The notes below the pieces were generated by a model, which saw only the letters and a list, made by a program, of their open reading frames with translations, was not told the origin of the DNA and did no database searches. From Raillietiella orientalis (taxonomy: Eukaryota): a DNA stretch of 64,000 nucleotides. The stretch is taken from contig JAYWIR010000014.1 of NCBI GenBank assembly GCA_036172245.1, positions 3,348,001-3,412,000 on the forward strand, written 5' to 3'. Positions 11,581 through 24,399 of this stretch are shown piece by piece; within the stretch, counting starts at the first letter, position 1, and each line of letters opens with the position of its first letter. The translations under genes and the position numbers were made by a program.

Positions 11581-13300
11581 CTTAAGCGTGCCATGGGGTC
11601 ACACGTGCAAGGTGAATGCATTTTCGTTCGTGTCACAGAAAACGCGTCAGAAAGACTGCCAGACCTAACTGATGCAAGAATGAATCACTTCGCTTTCGCA
11701 TCCGTAGGCTTCTCTTGTACGGCTTTCCTCCCCATTATCGCCTGTGGGAGCATCTCTTGGGACAAAGATTGGAAGCACTGGGAACTCGGAGCCGAAAATG
11801 GTAGGAAGACAAATAGCTATCGATCGAGGTGGTACTGAAACAAAAGGAGAGAGTCTTTTTGCAGTCACCACGCGGCTTCCTAGCCGCTCTCTGAAAAATT
11901 GTTGCACTCTTCTCCCTCCAGGCCAGAGACGCGCGAGTCATTCATACTCCAGCGCACGAGTATGCTGCACGAGTGCTTCGGCTTCCCTTCATGTCATCCC
12001 AGGAAGCAGGCTCCCCTTCTCTCTTCTTCGAGACCGCAAGACCGAAAGCGAGGCCTGTTCCTCCCCTCCCCTCCCCATCCTAATGGCGTAACCTCCTCGC
12101 CGCTCGCTCTGATGCTGCGAGAGCACCGGAACACGTTCTGGCATTGAAGGTTATCGGGGAGGAGTGCGGAGCCGATGGCATAGTCAGCTACAACCATCCC
12201 CCCAAAGAACGGACTTGGACCCGTGGCCGGTGTGCACACGGAAAAGCCACGCGCTCGCGCACGTGCATGCAAGCAACGAGGCGTGGATCGCTGCACCGAG
12301 ATGAGTCAAGATGGAGAGAAAGCTCACGCATCTGGAAACTTCGACCGCCAGTTCCAGCTCGAAAGATATAACGGAATCTTCCTCTTGATGGAACAATACC
12401 AGCCAAGGACGCCGTTCGTGTTCCACTCAACCACTCAAGTGACTGGTGACATTTCGTGTTCCTATCCCCTTTAGAAATAATCGATAAAGTTGGTCACAAA
12501 GAACCAACACCAATACAGATATCTTCTTTGAAGGGGATCGTAGAGAAAAAAGCAGCTCACTCTGTAGCCCTTCGAGTGGAGAGGATTTCTAGCCCTCAAC
12601 TTACTCAAACGCATTTTTTCGTCATCTTTGTCTTGATGTTGTTTCTTTGCGTGCGTCGGCTGATGAAGTTCGAGCAGCGTCAAATTTTGCTTTCTGGAAT
12701 CAGCGGCGTCCTGCTGCTTGCTGCTTTCAGTAGTTCTCAGGGAATTCGTGAAGCTTCGCTCGACTGGAAGCGGTGATCTTTCGAGGTCCTTCCTGCTTTT
12801 TCAGACCCTCTCCCCGACGACTTCAGCTGTTCGCGCTGCTCCCCTCACAGGTTCTGTCTTTTCCGACGGCACTTGTGAGGTCTTTTCGGCCCGAGCCCAG
12901 TAGTCCTTTTCCTCTCGCAGTCTCTATCAGTCCTTCATCTGCCTTCTTCACGTTCAGCTGCGTTTGTTCGTCGAAATCAACGTACAGTCCAGCTGCTTGC
13001 ACTTCGACGCTGACCTGGCCGTTTCGTGAACGCAAGAAACAGGAAGGATTAGCAGCCTTCCCATCACCTGCTCTCCAAGCGCGCAAAGTGGCTGGGGTGT
13101 TTACTGTGTCGCTAGAACACACCCGCTGAAGTAAAGCGAAGGACACCGTTGCGGCAACCACGAAAATCTCTCTGGGGAGCTGAGGAGACGCGAACTCCGT
13201 GGTGCTGACGTCCTCGTCCGTGAAGGGAAAGCTGGTCGTGGAACTGTGCTTTCGCTGAGAACCGGTTCCCCGCTCCGCACCAAAACGCGGGACATTCCTT
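11580..13300 (-). mobile_element. CR1/L2-like LINE ORF1 end plus ORF2 endonuclease, decayed
   Basis: GLYVDFDEQT...ARGKG (ORF1 C-terminus), VVEWNTNG (EN start), FFGGMVVA, SEFPVLPIFV. Confidence 0.55.
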
Positions 13301-13329
13301 GCCAGAGAAAAAGAAGGGGGGAGGGGGAG

Positions 13330-14120
13330 GGGAAGACTGTTCATGGCAAGTAACAGGTGGATTCCATTGCGTCCGAGAAGACCTATGCAACAAAGAGAGC
13401 CGCGTACTGCAACGGAGGCACCAACATCTGCTTGCTAGCAAAGAAACTGCGAGAGGTATTCCAGCAAGCCACGGTGCTCAAGAGATCGAAAAAGAGAGAT
13501 TTTTGTCTGCCGTCATGCAGTTACCAAGAGCATTTGCGCAATACTGCAGAGAATCGAAAAGATGCATCGAAAACATCTGGAGCGTGCGGAGGTTTCCAGA
13601 AAAAAGACAAGCAAACAGATGGGAGCTCTGGAACGATGACTTGGATAATGCAACCAGCCTGCAGAGAAACTTTCTGCCTCGGAAAACTTTTCCCAGAAAG
13701 CAGGGAACATTTCTAGTGATGAGTCTTCACACACGAAATCCTGATACCACGTTTCGTTTTCGTGTGCAAGCACACAAGTACTCTCCATGGGAACGTTGGA
13801 ACTGAAACGTTAGGACCTGTAAGAGAGGTCGCCATGTTTTTGAGGAAAAGGAAGCTCATCCACATTTAAGAGAAATGCCTTGTTTCCTCCGCCGAGGACC
13901 TGCTGTTTCCACTGCAAGCGTACAAACTTTCCACTGCAAAGTTCCAAACTCCAAGAATGCACCGCAAACGATGCATTCTTGGAGTTTGGAACTTGAGGAG
14001 TTCACCCAGGTAACGAATCATGTCGGGATGAGGCTACCGAAAACTTCGATTCATATCCGGTCTGCCAAGGCGCTGGAGTCGCCCCGGGAGTGACCACTAA
14101 TTTTCTGAGTACGATGATCG
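13330..14120 (+). mobile_element. LINE ORF2 EN-RT linker fragment
   Basis: YCRESKRC..W..WELWN and a KA.G..GVTTNFL remnant. Confidence 0.5.
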
Positions 14121-15097
14121 TCAAAGGAGATACCTTCTCCCGAACTCGGAGAAGGACTCTCATCTAAGAAAACACAGATGTTTGGCAATTCGCTAATTAG
14201 GAACATGAAGTCTTTCAAACTTACCTCTTGACTCCAACTTCCGGTAGGATTGCACTAGCACGCAGCATCAAAAGAAGTTCCTTTCCTCATCTTCGAAAAC
14301 CTGGGGCGTTTAGGGGAAGCAGAATTCCGGTTGACGAGGAGATTCGAATACTGTTTGACCTACTCCTTTACCCCACATCTCCAGTCAGATTATGAAAAAC
14401 TGTTGGTGAAGAATCGGCTGAATTCTCAAGATCCAGCAATGTTTTTCTGGTTTAAAACTGAATTAGTTTTATTGCAACCATTTCTTAATATGCGTAAATT
14501 ACATTCACAGACTGCAAGAGTCACTCAGTAAGTTTTGTCTCTCTCTCTCTCTCTTTCTTTCTTGTCCAAAAATCATCGCAAAGCAGGATTTTGCTCAGAA
14601 ATAGTCACTGCTTCTGTCAAACACTGTTTACCAGTTAGTCTCCAGTCTTTGTATGCTTCCTGCAGCCCGTAGAGAAAGAACTGTATCTCTTATCAGTGAA
14701 AGTCCTCACATACCCGTGCCTCCATTCCCTTCATTGACTGAATCATCATCTTTGAACTTTTGTCCACTAACAACATTGTGCAGCGCACCAAATACATACA
14801 TAGAAGTGTGACAAAAAAAAAGTCTGAAACATTAGCTCATTTTTGTGATGACTTCCGTTACCTACAAACTGGAGTGCAGTCCCGAATCAAATCATTGAGC
14901 GAGAAAAGATCTCCTTGCGTTTTCCACCGTTAAAACTGGTTTCATGAGCCTGTGGCAAGTCGATCCTTCCGGATAATTTCGCAAGCACACGCGACATTGA
15001 CCAGTAGCAAGGCTGAGGGTGAGGACTTCTTTGCTCCTTTCACCACAATCAGACTAGTGCAGAGACCCTCTCACATGTCTTGCCCTTCCATCAGCAG

Positions 15098-15272
15098 TTC
15101 AGTCTCTGGTTGTGAATATCTCCGGCTGCTCTTCAACCATCAGTAACTGGACTGCGACGCACTTCTTCACGATAACGCCTTTTCAAACATCACTACCACC
15201 GATGAAGGTCAGAGTGCCCTCACACTGCATTATCGAAGAGCGAAACATTCGAAAACAGTGATCATGAAATTT
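15098..15272. repeat. Dispersed repeat, about 170 bp, copy 1 (direct; copy 2 at 18999-19172)
   Basis: Shared CTCTTC.ACCATCAG.AAC.GGAC, CGCACTTCTT, ACCACCGATGAAG, ATCGAAGAGCG blocks. Confidence 0.7.
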
Positions 15273-16049
15273 TGCTTCTTGGCTAGAATGATTTTTGAAC
15301 GATGTAAACGTATGAAACCGACAACTTTTTCAGTGGCTCAAAAGGTTGTTGTCTTCATATGTTTACTATTAGCTTTTTTGTGCTCACCTTAAGAAGGAGT
15401 TTGCTGGCATAAAAACCATCAGGGCATCAAATTGAGTCTCCCGAGGAATTGTTTTTGCGTGGAAGTCAATAAAGAATTTGCAGCTTTGCAAGTTCGACAA
15501 TAGATACATCAATACCTTCTACTAAATGAAACTTTTCCATAGCCCCCATGAGCCATGAGATTCTACGAACTTCCTTTACAAGTTTCTTTCTGTTTTGCGC
15601 TTACTGAGGAAGAAATCTTTTGAAAAAGCCATATGAATATTTTGTATTAGACTTGAAGATTTCGTTTCTAATTGCTACCCGACTCGTGTTCTTAAACAAG
15701 CAGTGCTCTGAGTACTCCTAGATTCTATACATGCATTCGACATTGGTCTCGGGCAGCGTCTTATGTGCCTTTTGTTTTTTAGATAAGATGCCAAAATATC
15801 GAAAATATAATGAGATGGTAGGAGACTGAAGGATGCTGTCTTCCTACCAAGGTGGAGTGTACTACAAGTCGATGATGGCTACATTCCCGGATTGTGATCA
15901 GATATCACTGAGACAAAAGCACTCATCTAGTTCACAATCATAGAAATTTCCTATCAGAGCACAAGCTGAAGTAAGTCAAGCCTCTCATGATTAGCATCAA
16001 GAAATCTTGGTACAAACAAAACTTGATCCACTCGTGATTGCTCATGTTC

Positions 16050-17000
16050 TTTTCTGATTTCTAAATACGATGATTCAGCATCGCTTTCCCATCATTACAT
16101 GGATTCTCAGTTTTAAACTGCAAGAACCATTTAATCCATAAGGATGGGAATTATGTGGTGCAAATCCTCTTCCTTCTGGATGACGGACTATCTTTTGCTT
16201 GCATCCTCCACAGTTAGAACGCTTTCTTCTCATTTACTTCAGCAGTTGGATTTCGTCCAACTATAGACTTAGTAGAAAAGAACAACGGGGCTGCAAATCA
16301 AACAACCGGGAAAGAGAATGAGTATCTTCCCTATCCCATTTTCTTATCTATCACATCCAGCCTTCGTGCTTGTTTGAAGCAATGTTGACTTCCCTATCTA
16401 TGACTACCTATTTAACTTGACTGCTTTGCATCTGATCTGTGCCCTAATAGTAGTCATGGTCATTTCCGCATTTTTTTCTTTTTTCCTGAATTACCCATTG
16501 AGCCATCACATTCTTACTCCTACCGTTAATTCAAATCATTTGTCATCCCTATTCTGCTAGCAATCATTTCACCTTTGTAGCTTTCTTTGCTAACTGCCGA
16601 ACTCTCCACCAAAAGAACTGCACAAGTTACATTCAAGGCAGGTCACATCTTTTTGAATTTGCAATCCGATAAGCTCTATCCCTCCCAATTCAAAATGTTC
16701 CCACCATTGATAAATTTAGAGTGCTTCACCTTCCAGGTGCTCATCTTCATTATGACAGTAAGGATGGAGTCGTCACCCTACCACTGATCGGACATCCTCA
16801 AAAACCAAAATTGGAGAATCGATCCTAAACTTCCTTATTAGGTGACAATTTCTGTTGGACACATTTCTTGGCATTATAAGTTAAAAGAAGTCTTCGAGCA
16901 ATCCCCAATTAACCTCGAAACATAGGAATGCGAAACTCTTATGAATGTAGGCAGCTTGGGTAGCTCTACGCAGCATTCACTCATTTTTTTTCTTCCTTTT
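16050..17000 (-). mobile_element. AT-rich L1/Tx1-like RT C-terminal fragment
   Basis: LTYNAKKC, KMSTWKVK..LSMVG, QFFWW..., AQWV. Confidence 0.6.
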
Positions 17001-18998
17001 GGAACTTGAGGTTTTTCTTCAAAGTGTCATGATTTTTCCTTATTTAGATTTTCGTTGAAGGAGATAAGTGTGTATGAAAAATCATTCTTGTTCGTACAAG
17101 AATTTCTGGATGCTGGAAACTCATTACTTCTGATTTCCAAATAACAACTATCACGATAGTTAGTGATGCCCGGTAGGAATTTTATTCTGAGAAATGTTGT
17201 GTGATGAATTACAGCTGTTATGATAACAAAATAGAAACTTTATTACGATCATCTGTGTGAGTAACCAACATCTTGAACTTTCCTATTTTTCCACAATGTT
17301 TAGTAGTAGCTGTCCCAGCTCTTTACAAATAGCAATGCAAGATATAATACTCATGGTTCTTTGCAAACAAATATGGAATTAAAAGGCATCCATTTTCATA
17401 TCCACAGTCTTATTGAATTCTTCTCGCTTGCTATCAAAGATATCCATGCCTTCCAGTTTACTTGTGGGCCATCTTTTCTCTCATAATACCACTTCTCGAG
17501 GCCCTCATCTTTACAAGGGCGCGCCTTATGCATAAGGATGGAGTCCGTGATAAAAGAGCGAAAAGCATTCGCTCGTGATGTTCCATGTATCGTTATGTGA
17601 TTTTTTATTCTTAAGAAAATTTCCTTCTACAGAAATCCAGCATTCTTGTGTTTGTCCTTCGAGCAGTTATGCTCAGGAACTTGCTTCCTTGAAGCACTAA
17701 CGCCTCAATAGCAACCAATTCAAAAGTTGCTATTTAACCAATGTACATCATTGAAAAATCCATCGTCGAAGAAAAAAGCACTTTTTGGAGTTTAAATACT
17801 TTCGCTGTTAATGGATTTGTGCAGTTTTTTGTACACCGACTGAATTTGCATTATATATTTTGATCACATCTGAATCTGACTTGATTTGCTAAACTAGGTT
17901 CGAGATTTTTCTAGAGCATTTTCAGACAAGTGATTTTAACCTTGCTTACTTCCTCCTCCTAATTGTGATCTACTTCAACAGAATCGTTTCATTTCATTCT
18001 GTAACCTTGGGAAAATCACTGGAGCTATTGAAATCACTTGCTTTCATGAGAAACATCATTCTTTTTTTTAAAAAAAAGTACATTTTGTTTTCTTCAATGT
18101 AGCTTAATCAGGAGAAAATACTTTTTTCAATACACTCCTATTGTGAAACCAAAGAGACACCTATTCAATAAAACATGGAAGCATGAATTAATTTAGTTTC
18201 TTTCGTCTTTTCTATGATTACAAATTTATTTTCATATATACTGACTTTTTTTGGAATGATTCATGTTTTTGTTTTTTCTGCTAAGCCTTCCAAAGTGGTT
18301 AGTGAGAAAGCAATAGACAGCTTTCTCGTGGTTCTATTTTGGACAGTAATAAGGAGAGAAGTATATTACAGGTTTTCTATGGTTCTTTGACTGCTTCCGT
18401 AATTATGCTCTTGATTTTCATTTACCATGCCAATACAAAGGCAACTTTGTCAGTAAGTACATTTTCTTGTATGGCTGTTGTTATGTTAAAAAAGTAAGAG
18501 CGACAAACTTTTTTCCTCTCTCTAAAACCAAGTTCTCGAACTAATTTGAATGCACCTACTATGAAAAAGCTTTGTGATCCCATTTTTTGATTTCTAAAGC
18601 GCATTTTGATAACTTGTTGCTTTTTTATCGTATTTCAAAGTTGTGGGCTCATATTCTGCCGATTTTTTTTTTTTCCGAAATGGAAATAAGAACACAAATG
18701 CTGAAAGAGTGCATCTACATTATTACAATAATCACTGTATTACATACAGTCCATTTCTTTAACATATTCCGATTAGTAAATACCGAAACATCGAGGGATC
18801 GTCGGCACTGGACGCTGCAAAATTTTCAAGGCGAAAGTTTACATTTTAATATATCATGCAAATTTATGCTACAAACAACGTTTTGTAAAGAAGTTCCAAC
18901 GCACATCATGGTTGTGTAACGTTCATTTTTTTAACGACCCGTACTCTGTTTCCATGAGCACATTCGTTGCAACCTTATCCTCCATTCCTTTTTTGATT

Positions 18999-19172
18999 TT
19001 CAGTGTCTGTTGTGGACAATCTCTCACTGCTCTCTTCGACCATCAGCAACCGGACCACAGGTTGCGGCGCACTTCTTGAGACTCCGCTTTGAACACCACT
19101 ATAACCACCGATGAAGATACGAGTGTTCCATCGAAGAGCGGAGCATCCGAAGATTCGGCGTTCATTAAATTC
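18999..19172. repeat. Dispersed repeat, about 170 bp, copy 2
   Basis: Aligns to 15098-15272, roughly 70% identity by eye. Confidence 0.7.
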
Positions 19173-20130
19173 ATTCCAGTTTTGTCGACGTGCAATAATT
19201 TAGGGCGGCACCCCTTCAATTCGTTTCGCATGCTTATTGCAGATTGTCTTTAGTTTTCCTCTGTGCATTGTATTTTATGGATGGGTCGTAAAAGCAAATT
19301 TGTTGGATATGGTGATTAACGTTGCTCAGGTTTTTCCAAGGTTATTTGGAAAAGCATATCTTTGTGGAAGTGAATGCCATCTGTAGAAACATCGCTCCCC
19401 ATTCCGGAATGTAATAGGAGTTTTGGGCTATCATTTGATTCGCGCTGTGTGTGTGCTTCACAGAATTGCTCCCTAATCGGAGGCTTTGGGCTCTTTCTAT
19501 CAAAGTTTTCGAAATGCAGCACTTGTTTGCCAATGTGTTAGTTACAAACACGGGATTTCAGCTTACCTTCCCTTGCATACCTTTTGCCTCTTCTCCTACA
19601 TTGCAAATCAAGTAACTAGTGCTGTGAAGGTATCATGGAGTAGAATAAAGGAAACCAGAGTCTGTAGGATGCAGAAAAGTTCACATTAGACTGCTCTAGC
19701 GATGACTCGTTTTCATGATGCATTCGTTAAAGGATCAAGACATGGTGTAGAGCAAAGGCATTAATGAATTTCCAATGGTAAGGTTCGTTGCAAACATAGT
19801 AAAGGAAAAAACTGATGGTTTTATATGGAGGAAAGACAACTCTGAATTCGGACCGTTCAACGTGAGTGTGATGTTGCTACATGAAAGCGAGGTTTTCTGT
19901 TTTAGCATGCTTTATGTGTAGTGATTCGTTTATGATGATTCAGGTGAATAAGTTTAAATCATATTTTCAAAGACATTGACTGCAATTATGTTTGTAACAC
20001 CAAATGATCATTTTCGTATTGAAAATGAACTGGTGAATAAGCAATCAGCATCAGCATAGGTATTTTAAGAATGTCCATATCAGATGTTGAGGGCAGGTTT
20101 CTTCCAGTTGCTTTGCATGATACAATAGTG

Positions 20131-21688
20131 ATGCATGTATTAAAATACCAGAAAACAAAAACTTTAGTTTTGTGGTCAACCATACCCACCATCATTTCTT
20201 TATTAAGCATTGCTTGTTTTTATGTACCACAGTCAAGTAAGTGTCTTCTCTATCAAGTACATCTTCCACATAACAGAATTTTGCTTTCCGTTGTCTCTTT
20301 TAGATCTATCAAAAACAGACAAACATATCCTCCAAATTATCTGGTGGACTCCATTTACTGTTCCAGGAGATAGAATTATTAGTTGTGCAAAGGGAAAATG
20401 TTTAGTAAGTCAGGATAGATCATACTCAGAGAAACACAGCATCAAGGTATCCTACACAGGAATTAAAGCTGTATACACATATGTAGGCATTTTTATTCTA
20501 TGGGAGTAATTTTGATTATCATGACTTACCATTGCCAAGAGATCAGCATCATTACTGGGGACTATTACATGAAGAGTCCCCTAAAAATCAGCCTGTTTTT
20601 TGTCATGAAAATATGCTACGCTTGTTTAACTTTACTTCTACTTTTCGCAGGGAAAGTGATTTTCCTTTGACTTCCCTTCATCTTGGCAGTCTGAAAATGC
20701 TCACAGGTATTAAAAAATGCATCTATATGATTATCTCAAAATAGCATTTTGACATCAGATACCAGTTATGTGGTACCATTGAGTAGGAAGAAAGAGTTTC
20801 TGGAGAAGCATGCTCCTGTGATATATGTGCAGTCCAGCTGCGATACACCATCTCAGAGAGACGTTTTTGTGCAGCAATTAATGCAGTACATATCTGTGGA
20901 CAGTTGGGGTTCTTGTCTACATACTCACAATCTTATACCTAAGTAGGTAGAACTTCCTGTAAACATCATTTTGTGGACATAGATTGCAGAATCAGAATAC
21001 AGCTATGCATGACCCCCAGTTCTTACACTTGATTGCTTCTTATAAGTTTGCTTTAGCAATTGAGAATGCAATTTGCTCAGATTACATCACAGAGAAATTG
21101 TGGCGCCCACTGCATGTTGGTACAGTGCCTGTATATTTGGGGTCACCATCAGTTCAAGTACAAGCAGAGTTGTGTTTTCGAATTATTAGGAATGGTTTGT
21201 CTTCTAGGACTGGTTGCCGCATCCTAAATCAGCTATCCTTGTACAGGACTTTGCAAATATAAAAGAGCTTGCACATTATATTCTAGCAGTGAATAACAAT
21301 GACACTGCCTATCAAATGCATCTTCCACATAAACAAAATTATGTTTTGAACGAGAACTTGTTAAATACTATGCAGAACCGCACTTGGGACAGCTTCCAGG
21401 ATAATGGCAGAGGCAACTTTGTTCAACACTTTGAATGTTTTGCTTGTGATTTACTGCATGCAGACCATCTTCTTTATCAGAAAGGCCAACAACCTTTTCA
21501 TCAAGCCAAAGTATGTAGTCAGTGAAGATGCATGGCCAGATTTTGTTTTGCAGCATGATCATTATGGTTGTCCCAAACCCATCTCTGCCTTGAATATGGC
21601 AGTTAATACGAGTAGTTGGTGGGTTGACCAGTGGGAAAAATCCAAACAGCTTGCTGATTTTATTGTGCAGCTTGTGGAAGGAAGCTAA
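20131..21688 (+). CDS. FUT10: Alpha-1,3-fucosyltransferase 10/11-like (GT10 family), 7 exons, 421 aa
   Basis: Exons 20131-20236, 20304-20446, 20487-20706, 20759-20942, 20983-21157, 21208-21510, 21554-21688. All introns are GT-AG and the phases join into one 1266-nt ORF. N-terminal TM anchor ([19 protein letters not shown]), then [44 protein letters not shown] and the GT10 motif [39 protein letters not shown]10 versus FUT11 cannot be resolved by eye. Confidence 0.95.
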
Positions 21689-21869
21689 GAGTAATTTGGT
21701 TTCACAATGTTGGAGACCCAGATATTTGTTATGCAAATCCAACCTTAGAACTCAGCATGCAAAGGATAATATGATTCTCACAGTGACAAACAAACAGATT
21801 TTGGTAAAGAACCGAACCGAGCCCACGTCTTTGTGAGCATCAGCAACAGCAGGTTAAAAGGATTATGAT

Positions 21870-22450
21870 CAACAAAAAAGGCCTGCCGTTACTGAAATAT
21901 GAGGAAACAATGGAAACGAGAGAGCCCACAATAAGTTCTTGCAAATCGCCTCATGTCGACAGCTTTTTGAATGCGGACACCTCGAGGAACTTCCCAAGCT
22001 GCTCCATACGGTACATCCCGGAAACAGCCCCATGCTCGCGGCCCTGTATGCCGATCCCCCCTACCGCAACGCGAAAAGTAGAAACCCACGAGTGCCAGGC
22101 AACGAGAGATTCGTGCACCAGTCAACAGGAAGTCAGGTTTGCCCGAAACCTTCTCCCTGAACGACTCCACGTTGCAGGGGATCCGCTTGCAAGGGAGAGC
22201 AGGAGGAAGGTCCGTGCGATCCTTGCAAGGTCTCTACCTTCGCGCCAGACATCACGGGAAACCGAGATGAAATGTTTGACTGGGGAGAGCCGCACACTTT
22301 GTGATGAGGACTCACCCCTTGGGAGTTCCAGTCTGAAATCGCTGAAGGCTTCAAGTGACCTCCACCAAAGCGGATCGGATTCTTCCACGTGAATTCTTAG
22401 GTCTAACCTCAATCGGGAGGTATCCCGGATTCTCGCTATGTTGGTAGTGG
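21870..22450 (-). mobile_element. LINE zf-RVT 3' fragment just downstream of the FUT gene
   Basis: GAKVETLQGSH..SC zinc-finger remnant. Confidence 0.45.
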
Positions 22451-22899
22451 CCGTGTGTTATCTCTCGAAAAAAAATTTTCAGATCATTTTCACCCCAGTG
22501 TTCTCTTTTTTTTTTGGTTTTTCAACTTGTGCACGAGACTTTATCGGCAATTTAATTCTTGCAGTCTTCACTTGCAATTTACATTAAAAATCCGTGAGAA
22601 GGACTCTTGTTCTTCGGATCAAGAACGAAATATTACTTGTGTGATTTTACATACAGCAATTATGTGTTAGGCGATATTGGAAAATTAGTGAACCACCTTC
22701 TGTTCATGTGCATAACAAATCAAAAAAGAAACGAATATATTTTTATATGTATATATATATTTTTTCAAACTGGTGTATGAGGACTACTCACGTCTCCATA
22801 TGAAAGAAGTTTCGGCAGTACAACGGAACCCACATGTGTTGGTGGCTAGACGTATCAGAAGTTCGAAGGGAAACGCTCTCCGTACCTATTCTCCAAAAA

Positions 22900-23900
22900 G
22901 TCGTAATTAAGGAACCGTTTTTTGTTCAGGGATTTATAGATATTCGTATTGGCACTCTTACGACATGCACCTTACTTCTGTACAAGGCTTCAACATAAGT
23001 CATGTCCAATCCTAGCGATGCTTTCATACTAACAACGAATTGCGGTGGTGATGTTCATCAGATGTTTCAAAGGACCTGAGGTGTATTCCTCGAACATCTT
23101 TCTCTTCACAAGCGATGGCACTTTTGTTTTCAGATAAATGTTTGCCTTGGTGTGCGAGGAAGATTTTCTTTGCAGTAAATTTCAGATAGAAATGCATTGT
23201 ACGTCCGTGCCATCTCGCGTAATCTGGATTTGAAATCACCTTCCTCACTCAAATCTCAATTTTACGTACACTGCAGCATCTGAGTGGTCTTAATAGAAGC
23301 TGCTGAGGAATGTTTATTATTCTCGTGAAATCTCTTTGCCAGGTAAATGCTCGTATTTCACTCAAATTTCGATTTTCCGAAAAATCCCTTTGGCAATCTG
23401 ATTTTTTTCTGCTTTCTGTATTCCTTCCTTCCGGAAGGAGTGTGCCTTTCACAAAGAAACAACGAGTTGTAGCATTGCACGTTTTGTTTGTTGAAGTCCT
23501 TGGTCCACTCTTCCAGAATGTCATGAATTTTGTCTTCCAGGCAACTGTGCATTCGCCTAAGGAAAAGAACAGACAGCTGGATCTCAATCAGCAACGCCTT
23601 GTAATTGCAACTTTTTCACATGTTGAGTGGGATAAGGATTTCAGGAGCAAGGAAATTTGAATTGCCATAGGGAAACTGACGCTGAAAAATTCATGTGCTG
23701 ATTTGAAAACAGCATTTTAAATTATTTACGATTAAGCCGCTTATTTCTCCCTATTCCCACAAACTTAAAATCCCTCCGGAAGGAGAAACAAACTGTAGTT
23801 TTTGCTTCCAAAATAGAATCAAAACCATCGTCCCAAAATTTAACCTTCTGCAAACTGAAACCAAAGTTACGCCGAATGACCTTTATGGAACAGGAAGAGA
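22900..23900 (-). mobile_element. L1/Tx1-like RT C-terminal fragment
   Basis: NFGFSLQKVK, FKFVGI, FMTFWKSGPR. Confidence 0.5.
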
Positions 23901-24399
23901 GAAAGTATGGCATTCATTTACTCGCAGTTTGCTGCCCCTTCCAATATTCCTCGTTCAAGTGGATGCATTTTTTCACTTTCATCGTAATTGGTGTGATCTA
24001 CAAAATAAAAGTTACAGAGAAACAAATTTTGTGGTTTTATGTGAATGAATTTCAGGTTCAGTCCAGCAGGCAATATCTGAGTTTGCCCCGCAAGGAACTG
24101 GGACAAGGAATGCAAGAGGAAACTTTGCTGGTGGTTCAAATGAATGCGCGAAGATGAAGATGTATGCGAGGGCAAACTCTGAACTGGTCTACCGAGATCT
24201 GCCTGTGCACTCGAGTCTTTCTAACTTCTCGTATCCAAGTGTATCCCGGACTAGCAGGGATCCTAGGGAGCTCGTTTAATCATCAGGAGGAGGGAGAGTT
24301 TCAGGTGGTATTCGAGAAAATGACCAATGGACTGCTCCCCCCCCCAAAAAATCGCCCATCTTCTTCATGCAAAAGATGGATAGTCTAAGATGAAACTGC

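Noticed and set aside
15098..19172. LTR pair
   Set aside because: No TG...CA ends, primer-binding site, polypurine tract or TSD seen; the enclosed RT fragment is non-LTR type.
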